In this document: piece after piece, positions 25,974-32,000 of the stretch | How positions within the stretch are numbered: position 1 is the stretch's first letter | Layout of the letters: every line of letters starts with the position of its first letter | Program-made: the position numbers and the translations under genes | NCBI RefSeq assembly: GCF_003072485.1 | Contig: NZ_CP025989.1 | Span: forward strand, 780,001-812,000 | Reading direction: 5' to 3' | DNA from: Candidatus Fokinia solitaria | GTDB lineage: Bacteria > Pseudomonadota > Alphaproteobacteria > Rickettsiales > Midichloriaceae | DNA length: 32,000 nucleotides | The notes under the pieces: generated by a model | The model's database searches: none | Told to the model about the DNA's origin: nothing | Seen by the model: the letters and a program-made list of their open reading frames with translations, nothing else

Positions 25974-27317
25974 CTAATCTTGAAATTTTATGCGCGCTCT
26001 CAAACGCAGAATGGTGATAATATTGACGATCATTATGATTCCTCCTGAAATACTCATGATCAGCATCACGTCTTCTTGTTCCTGAAATGCAAAAATACTA
26101 AAGGCAAATATCGCATATATTACGTATATTACCCTGCCATACTTTGCGTGAATATAAGATGCTGCCTTTTGCCCTACTACAAAATATCCTATGATAGTGC
26201 TAAAACCGGCAATCACAATCACAAGCGTAATATAACATTCTACGAAAAAAGAAGGTAGAAATTTTTCGAGAGAGAAAGATACATACTGAAAGTGACTCAA
26301 TCCCTTTTGCTGAAAAGCGCCACCAAGCTTTGCAATCAAGAGACTGATCATCGATATAACAGTATCGGTAAATAATGAAAAAAACGTCGTTCTCGCATAA
26401 GAAGCAGGAGATGTCATTATCTTCGCTTCACTATGTACAACCGAATCATACCCCATTCCTATATCTCCAGAATATATCCCTCTCGCGAAACCATAATGCA
26501 TTGCTATTATCACACCTACTATATTCCATCTATCATTATGAAAGTCATAAAATTTCGTCCCTTGATATAAGATTTCATACAATATCTCCGGAATGGCAGC
26601 ATAATTTATCGCTATCACATATAATCCAATACCAATATACGATACTAGTAACACTGGCATTATAACAGCGCATATCTCACTCAGCCTTTTTACTCCTCCA
26701 AGTGCACTTGCCATCACACAACATAGCGTAGCTGCTACTATAATTGCTTTATCCACTCCAAGTAACGTGGAAATACTATCGGTAATAACAAGAAATTGCA
26801 CAATCTCCACTCCATATATGCATAACAGTACAGATATCAGTAAGGGTAATACCGTCTTCAGCACACTACTTTCCTTAAAACTACCAGCGATATAATACAT
26901 CAATCCGCCATCATATCCATCGCCATTCCTTTTCTTCACTCTATACTGTATTGCAAGATAAACTTCGCAATATTTCACAATCATACCAATAAAGGAAGCG
27001 AGCAGCATCCACAAAATACTCCCCATTCCTCCAAGCGTCACCGCACCCATTATCGTCACTATATTACCTACTCCTACCATGCCACCAATTGAAGAGAAAT
27101 ATAACTTCCATGGAGGTAATCCGTAAGACGAATTTGTTTTATGAGAAGCTATGCCGAAAATTTCAGATACATTCTTAATAGGATTTTTTAATGTACGTAT
27201 CTGTAAGAAGTGCGCTTTATACGTGAGATATACGCCTCCGATTAAAATGACGAATATTCCAAGGTACTCCCATATAAAACGATCTATCCATGCGAAAAAT
27301 GAAAAAATATACCCCAT
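25974..27317 (-). CDS. Alanine/glycine:cation (sodium:alanine) symporter, AGCS family
   Basis: The N-terminus (IDRFIWEYLGIFVILIGGVYLTYKAHFLQIR) and the motifs SSIGGMVGVGNIVTIMGAVTLGGMGSILWM and YSGDIGMGYDS, in a protein of about 11 TM segments and 447 aa, are typical of AGCS transporters. Confidence 0.85.
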   Translation of the reverse strand: MGYIFSFFAWIDRFIWEYLGIFVILIGGVYLTYKAHFLQIRTLKNPIKNVSEIFGIASHKTNSSYGLPPWKLYFSSIGGMVGVGNIVTIMGAVTLGGMGSILWMLLASFIGMIVKYCEVYLAIQYRVKKRNGDGYDGGLMYYIAGSFKESSVLKTVLPLLISVLLCIYGVEIVQFLVITDSISTLLGVDKAIIVAATLCCVMASALGGVKRLSEICAVIMPVLLVSYIGIGLYVIAINYAAIPEILYEILYQGTKFYDFHNDRWNIVGVIIAMHYGFARGIYSGDIGMGYDSVVHSEAKIMTSPASYARTTFFSLFTDTVISMISLLIAKLGGAFQQKGLSHFQYVSFSLEKFLPSFFVECYITLVIVIAGFSTIIGYFVVGQKAASYIHAKYGRVIYVIYAIFAFSIFAFQEQEDVMLIMSISGGIIMIVNIITILRLRARIKFQD

Positions 27318-27429
27318 AAATCTACCACGCCAATCTTATTCTTTTTCTATCACTTATACCTTCGAATATAGTATATATCAAATGTGCAATGACATATCTC
27401 TTAGCACAATAAACGAATATATAAGCATC

Positions 27430-28359
27430 ATGATCAGAATGATAGAAAAATTCAGAGAGATGCTTCTTAGCGAATTTCAAGCAAGTAATAACACTATTAT
27501 ATCGTATGTTACAGACTTAAAATTCTTTAACTTCTTTCTTCAAGAGAGAAAAATTGCACCACTATCTGTCACTCATTCTGACATTACGGATTATCTTGTT
27601 ACCTTAAATAAAGAATCTTCTGCCACCGTAAGACGCAAGATATCAGTTTTAAAAAGATTTTATAGCTTTCTACTAACTGAGAGAGATATTACAGAAAATC
27701 CAACACTTAGCATCAAATATCCGAAACGAGAACATAAATTGCCGAACGTACCGAGTGAAACGGATATAATAAAGATGTTCACAGGCATTCGTGAACTATA
27801 TTTGAATGATGAATTTCTATTATTACGAAATAATGCAATATTTGCGGTACTATATTCTACAGGACTCAGAGTATCAGAACTGATTACGCTTAAACTTGCT
27901 GATGTTATGGAAAACGAATATTTGCGCGATAACTCTGTAAAAAGAATTATCAAAGTAATAGGAAAGGGCAATAAAGAACGTAATGTAGTACTGAACGATA
28001 TCGCGTATGCAACGTTGGCGCAATACGTACATCTCATCATAACTACGAAAAAGAACTGCAACAATTTTGGATGGCTATTTTCTTCCGAAGATTCTCCAAC
28101 TACTCATCTTACAAGACAGAGAATCGGACAGATTATCCGTGAAGTAGCGACGTATATGAACATAGATAAAAAATTGATATCGCCTCATAAAGTAAGGCAT
28201 GCTTTCGCTACTCATATCTTGAGAAAAGGCGCACAAATTCATGTGTTACAGAAAATACTCGGACATTCTTCTATCACTTCAACGCAAATATATACCTCGG
28301 TATTGAATGACGATCTGAGAAATATGCTTAATGACAAGCATCCTCTTTCAAAAAAGTAA
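27430..28359 (+). CDS. xerD: Tyrosine recombinase, XerD type (chromosome dimer resolution)
   Basis: The N-terminal SAM-like domain contains SNNTIISYVTDLKFFNFF. The catalytic set is present: LYSTGLRVSEL (R), VIGKGNKER (K), SPHKVRHAFATH (HxxR) and LGHSSITSTQIYT (H...Y). GLRVSEL and RHAFATH favour XerD over XerC. The start is set at the ATG at 27430. The ORF-track start at 27151 would overlap the AGCS gene by 167 nt and adds non-homologous residues. Confidence 0.8.
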   Translation: MIRMIEKFREMLLSEFQASNNTIISYVTDLKFFNFFLQERKIAPLSVTHSDITDYLVTLNKESSATVRRKISVLKRFYSFLLTERDITENPTLSIKYPKREHKLPNVPSETDIIKMFTGIRELYLNDEFLLLRNNAIFAVLYSTGLRVSELITLKLADVMENEYLRDNSVKRIIKVIGKGNKERNVVLNDIAYATLAQYVHLIITTKKNCNNFGWLFSSEDSPTTHLTRQRIGQIIREVATYMNIDKKLISPHKVRHAFATHILRKGAQIHVLQKILGHSSITSTQIYTSVLNDDLRNMLNDKHPLSKK

Positions 28360-29067
28360 CTATTTCTTCTTCAGAACGACAAATATCTCCGCTGAATCCG
28401 AATAGCTTGAATGTGGCTTAAAAAACTGGAAATTGTCAAAATGCTCAGAGTGCTTCTTTATCACAGCGCTTTCCTTACCGCATCTTATAACCTTAGTCAC
28501 AAAAAAACCACCTTTCTTCAGATACTTTATTGCAAATAACAGACTCTCATTTAAAAGCGCAGCAAATCGTAAATGATCTGCAGTTTTATCTCCAGACGCA
28601 TTAGGTAACATATCACTCACTATCAAAGCGGCGCTAAAATTCTCTAAAATATCTGATGACTTCTCTACTTCACGATCTTGTGCTGCTTCACTAGTCTCAT
28701 CAAACTGAGACAAAATTTCTTGTATTTTCTGCATCAAATCAGATGCTAAAAAATCATGTTGTATGAAATGCACGCCAGAAACAGGCATCACATGCAATAA
28801 GTCAATTCCAATAATCGAAGCGCGCACTGAAGCTTTTTTTAATCTTTCACTTATGACTTGAGACCAGCCACCTGGTGCAGCACCTAAGTCAAGTATCACT
28901 TCTCCATTCTTTACCGTTTTTATAATGTGAAATTTATCTAAAATTTCTATTAACTTAAAAGCAGCTCTCGATCTATAATTCAGCTCCTTTGCCATATGCA
29001 CGTACTGATCTTTTTTTCTCCTCTTTAGCCACTTTTGAGAAGAGTAAGAAAACTTTTTTTTCAGCAT
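28360..29067 (-). CDS. rlmE: 23S rRNA (uridine2552-2'-O)-methyltransferase RlmE (FtsJ/RrmJ)
   Basis: SSQKWLKRRKKDQYV, YRSRAAFKLIEI, the SAM motif VLDLGAAPGGWSQV, SDM.PN.SG and KV..G are present. There is an acidic insert of about 25 aa before the SDM motif. Confidence 0.9.
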   Translation of the reverse strand: MLKKKFSYSSQKWLKRRKKDQYVHMAKELNYRSRAAFKLIEILDKFHIIKTVKNGEVILDLGAAPGGWSQVISERLKKASVRASIIGIDLLHVMPVSGVHFIQHDFLASDLMQKIQEILSQFDETSEAAQDREVEKSSDILENFSAALIVSDMLPNASGDKTADHLRFAALLNESLLFAIKYLKKGGFFVTKVIRCGKESAVIKKHSEHFDNFQFFKPHSSYSDSAEIFVVLKKK

Positions 29068-29191
29068 CTACTTCAATATAATCCAACACTTCCGTTAGCA
29101 TAGCATATACCGCTATGAGATATAACACATATGTTGACTATCGTAAGGTAATCACCTACTCTTATAGAAAATAAATGTAGCTTTAACTAAT

Positions 29192-30523
29192 ATGAAAAGC
29201 ACTAATTTCGAATTCGAAAAACTCCATTCTAATGGAGTGGAAGTGGAATATAAAATCACTGTAACTGACAGTGAAATGAATAAAAATATAGAGAACAAGA
29301 TACTTGAATTATCGCAAAATTACAAATTACACGGTTTTCGAGAAGGTAAAGTGCCATTGGCTATGGTGCGAAAAAAAGAAATTGAAGGCGTGACAAGTCA
29401 GTATATCAGAGAATTGATAGCAGAGGGTATCAATCAATTGCATGATAAAGGCGAAATCGATACCTCATCTAGAGATTCTAGAATAGAGTTGGTTGAAATG
29501 AAGCAAGATGGAGTAACTGTAAAGGTAACAGGTACCGTACCGATAAAAGTGGATGTAAAGAAAATGCTGCATGATAAAAAAATAGAATTTTTATCCCTAG
29601 ATAAAAGCGAAGCAATCGATACAAGCGAAGCTGAGCAAACGATCGTACGACAACTCGCAAAAGAAGTGCCACAAGACAAAGATTATAAAGCTAAGAAAGG
29701 TGATACAGTAGTCCTCGATTTGACTGGTAAGTTGATGAGAGATAAAGAAGAAATAGATTTCGATGGCCTATCAGGTACAGGAGTAAGCTTGAAAATAGGC
29801 GATAATTATTTCGTCGTCCCGGGCTTTGAAGATAGTTTAATCGGATTAAGAACAGGAGATGTACACTTATTTGAAGGCACATTTCCTATGGACTATCACG
29901 ATCCGCAAATTAAAGGGAAAAAAGTACGATACCACATTACCGTCACTTCAGTACTATCAGTACAGGAAGAATCGCATTTAGATGATGCATTTGCAACGCA
30001 GATGGGCTTCTCTAATGTACAGGAGTTTAGAGCGATGCTACAAACTGATATCATGAGAAGATACGATAACATCATCTCTCTCATCAATAAGAAAAGACTC
30101 CTTGATTTCTGCGCTGATTCATTGGATTTTAAACCTTCCGCAGAAATGATAGCAAAGGAAAAGGATAATATAGTAAGTGAATATAAAGAAGCAATTCTCG
30201 CTAAAGATGGAGAAGAAGGATTGGATAAAGCAGTAAAAAACATGCTAAAAGTTAGCATCATTATCGGCGCTGTCGTTAGAGAAAAACATTTAGCAGTAAG
30301 CGAAGAAGAAATGAAGGAAAAAATGGAACAAGTGTTGAAAGATTATCCTCAGTCTGCACAAAAATTTAAGGAAATGGAAACAGATCCTACGTATAGAACG
30401 AGAATAAAAGCATCGATCCTTGAACAAAAAGTCGTAGATTTTATGATGACACTTACGAACGCTGCTTCTTATAAGCAGATATCGTTTAAGGAGATCAAAA
30501 ATTACGAAAATGAGATGATATAA
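29192..30523 (+). CDS. tig: Trigger factor (ribosome-associated chaperone / PPIase)
   Basis: The N-terminal ribosome-binding domain has the signature GFREGKVPLAMVRKK. The central FKBP-like segment contains KGDTVVLDLTG...VPGFEDSLIGLRTGD. The C-terminal domain is helical. Length is 443 aa. Confidence 0.9.
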   Translation: MKSTNFEFEKLHSNGVEVEYKITVTDSEMNKNIENKILELSQNYKLHGFREGKVPLAMVRKKEIEGVTSQYIRELIAEGINQLHDKGEIDTSSRDSRIELVEMKQDGVTVKVTGTVPIKVDVKKMLHDKKIEFLSLDKSEAIDTSEAEQTIVRQLAKEVPQDKDYKAKKGDTVVLDLTGKLMRDKEEIDFDGLSGTGVSLKIGDNYFVVPGFEDSLIGLRTGDVHLFEGTFPMDYHDPQIKGKKVRYHITVTSVLSVQEESHLDDAFATQMGFSNVQEFRAMLQTDIMRRYDNIISLINKKRLLDFCADSLDFKPSAEMIAKEKDNIVSEYKEAILAKDGEEGLDKAVKNMLKVSIIIGAVVREKHLAVSEEEMKEKMEQVLKDYPQSAQKFKEMETDPTYRTRIKASILEQKVVDFMMTLTNAASYKQISFKEIKNYENEMI

Positions 30524-30858
30524 TATACGCTGTTTTCACATATATTGATTAGATAGAGTAATGTATTATCGGCAGTAGGTCGTACTGCCTTATATTGCTG
30601 AAGCTTGCTTTTTTCCTTCTCAGTTTCTGCAGTAAGTGCATGGCGGATGAAAGTATGTATGCTTTTTGAGGTGTGTTTATAGCGCTTGTCGGAAATGAGG
30701 TTTTTCCTACAATTTCCGCATTCTTCTTGCTTTCTGCAAATCGCAAAAAGTGGAGTATTTGTTATAGGTCGAAAATGCTGTTGATGTTTCATACAAACAT
30801 GGGATGCGAATACACAAGCGTAAGAATCGAACTTCTCACATATAGTACATCGCACCAC
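30502..30858 (-). CDS. Hypothetical Cys-rich protein (118 aa). Doubtful. Its first ~25 codons lie in tandem-repeat unit 1.
   Basis: It has a GTG start and encodes MVRCTICEKFDSYACVFASHVC...CRKQEECGNCRKN (CxxC ... CxxC). It overlaps the tig 3' end by 22 nt and contains the candidate tig terminator. I recognise no family. Confidence 0.25.
   Translation of the reverse strand: MVRCTICEKFDSYACVFASHVCMKHQQHFRPITNTPLFAICRKQEECGNCRKNLISDKRYKHTSKSIHTFIRHALTAETEKEKSKLQQYKAVRPTADNTLLYLINICENSVYYIISFS
30570..30588 (+). terminator. Stem-loop 47 nt downstream of the tig stop (candidate intrinsic terminator)
   Basis: GGCAGTA (30570-76) pairs with TACTGCC (30582-88) around the 5-nt loop GGTCG, followed by TTATATT. 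It lies inside the hypothetical minus-strand ORF 30502..30858. Confidence 0.4.
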
Positions 30859-31418
30859 AACAGTAACAGCGCTATGGAGAATAATACTTCTCTATTTCGA
30901 AATACTGCTTAGATGTTCTATGCAAACATGGGATGCGAATACACAAGCGTAAGAATCGAACTTCTCACATACAGTACATCGCACCACAACAGTAACAGCG
31001 CTATGGAGAATAACGCTTCTCTATTTCGAAATGCTGCTTAGATGTTCTATACAAACATGGGATGCGAATACACAAACGTATGGATCTAACTTCTCACATA
31101 TACGGCACACTACAACAGTAGCAGCGCTATGGAGAATAATACTTCTCTATTTCGAAATACTGCTTAGATGTTCTATACAAACATGGGATGCGAATACACA
31201 AGCGTAAGGATCGAACTTCTCACATACAGTACATCACAGCACACCACAGCAGTAACAGCACTATGGAGAATAATACTTCTCTATTTCGAAATACTACTTA
31301 GATGTTCTATGCAAACATGGGATGCGAATACACAAGCGTAAGGATCGAACTTCTCACATACAGTACATCACAGCACACCACAGCAGTAGCAGCACTATGG
31401 AGAATAATACTTCTCTAT
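30783..31418. repeat. Tandem direct repeat, about 4.9 copies of a 126-134 bp unit
   Basis: The anchor CAAACATGGGATGCGAATACACAA recurs at 30794, 30923, 31052, 31178 and 31312, giving periods of 129, 129, 126 and 134 bp. The units are more than about 90% identical by eye. Length variation is concentrated in a CA-rich tract (CGCACCACAACAGTAACAGC versus CACAGCACACCACAGCAGTAACAGC). The last unit is truncated at about 31418. Confidence 0.95.
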
Positions 31419-31494
31419 AAATAGGAGTTTGAACTTCCTCGATTTCAGATATTTTCTCAGTACACATCACAAACGTGATACAGCATTACATTGC

Positions 31495-32000
31495 TTATTT
31501 TCTGATACACGATTCTCTCATCCTTAATTCACTTGGTAAATGCAGCAACTCTAATACAGTATTTGCTATATTTGCCAATCCTAGCTCTTGTTTTTTAAAA
31601 GTAATCGCTCTATTACCGACATAGCAAAGCGGCACAACATTGGTGGTATGTTGAGTATTAATCTCTTCATTACTAAAAAGCATTTCCTCGATATTGCCGT
31701 GATCCGAACACACAAGCATCTCATACTCATTTCTCGTACATACATCAACTAGCTCTCGCAAGCAATGATCTATCACTTCGCACGCTCTCACTGCTGCTTG
31801 AAAATTACCTGTATGTCCAACCATATCTAAATTTGGATAGTTTACGCATACGAATCCATATTCACCTCTCATCAATGAATCACTTAATACGCGCGTCACT
31901 TCATATGCGGACATTTCCGGCTTTAAATCATATGTAGGCACTTTAGGCGATGGTATAAGTATCCTCTCTTCCAGCGCATAAGGTGTCTCTCTTCCACAAT
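31495..32000 (-). CDS. gpmI: 2,3-bisphosphoglycerate-independent phosphoglycerate mutase (iPGM), C-terminal part. The 5' end lies outside the window.
   Basis: ...ERILIPSPKVPTYDLKPEMSAYEVT, NYPNLDMVGHTGNF.AAV.A.E..D.C and the metal-ligand motif SDHGN are present. I read the frame by hand as open to the right edge of the window. The ORF-track M at 31941 is an internal GTG (Val). Confidence 0.9.
   Translation of the reverse strand, partial: CGRETPYALEERILIPSPKVPTYDLKPEMSAYEVTRVLSDSLMRGEYGFVCVNYPNLDMVGHTGNFQAAVRACEVIDHCLRELVDVCTRNEYEMLVCSDHGNIEEMLFSNEEINTQHTTNVVPLCYVGNRAITFKKQELGLANIANTVLELLHLPSELRMRESCIRK

Noticed and set aside
27151-27429. Long 5' extension of the xerD ORF
   Set aside because: It would overlap the oppositely oriented AGCS gene by 167 nt. 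It adds about 93 residues with no recombinase similarity. The XerD N-terminal domain starts at about MIRMIEKF.
27430-28359. Tyrosine recombinase as a marker of an integrated mobile element or integron
   Set aside because: The sequence features (GLRVSEL, RHAFATH, length of about 309 aa) fit the housekeeping XerD. I saw no flanking direct repeats, att-like sites, tRNA target, cargo genes or phage genes. The neighbours are rlmE and an amino-acid transporter.
28357-28362. xerD and rlmE stop codons abut (TAA then CTA, which is TAG on the minus strand) with zero intergenic bases
   Set aside because: This is real but unremarkable compaction of convergent genes in a reduced genome. It has no evident functional implication beyond the absence of intrinsic terminators.
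30821-30840. T-loop-like GTTCGATTC (minus strand) recurring in every repeat unit, possibly tRNA-derived
   Set aside because: The flanking bases give only about 3 bp of T-stem. No acceptor, D or anticodon arms can be drawn, so this is not a tRNA or tmRNA element.
30783-31418. Tandem array as a CRISPR locus
   Set aside because: The units are contiguous 126-134 bp near-identical copies with no unique spacers between short repeats, and there are no cas genes nearby. This is a plain tandem duplication.

Overview
This is a gene-dense, AT-rich bacterial chromosome segment (mid-30s % GC judged by eye, not computed). It carries almost only housekeeping genes. The products look alphaproteobacterial, of the reduced-genome Rickettsiales-like endosymbiont type: UbiG, NuoB, PDH E1-beta, two-subunit GlyRS beta chain, TolB/TolC and a beta-barrel surface antigen. 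All assignments come from motif recognition in the supplied translations and from reading the DNA; no database search was run. I call 31 CDSs (4 at confidence 0.35 or below), one tandem-repeat array and three candidate terminator hairpins. I recognised no rRNA, tRNA, CRISPR array, IS element or transposase. Canonical operons are broken throughout the window: S17-L14-L24 stands alone, as do nuoB, cydB, glyS, pdhB and tolB, and fmt has no def. The observations most worth a second look are these. (1) An adk-fmt-adk arrangement in which the second adenylate kinase paralog carries a lipoprotein signal peptide, so it is predicted to be exported. (2) A five-copy tandem array of about 129 bp between tig and gpmI, whose unit is exactly 43 codons with TAG-ATG junctions on the + strand and which also duplicates the 5' end of a Cys-rich ORF on the - strand. 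(3) A 5'-truncated AAA/ABC-type ATPase with a C-terminal HEPN-like RNxxxH motif, a possible defence or anticodon-nuclease-like protein. (4) An outer-membrane beta-barrel with a Cys/Ser/Thr/Gly-rich insert. (5) An orphan cydB tightly coupled to a dsbA-like gene. (6) A C-terminally shortened GlyS. None of these is a demonstrated new system; each is a hypothesis with a stated test.
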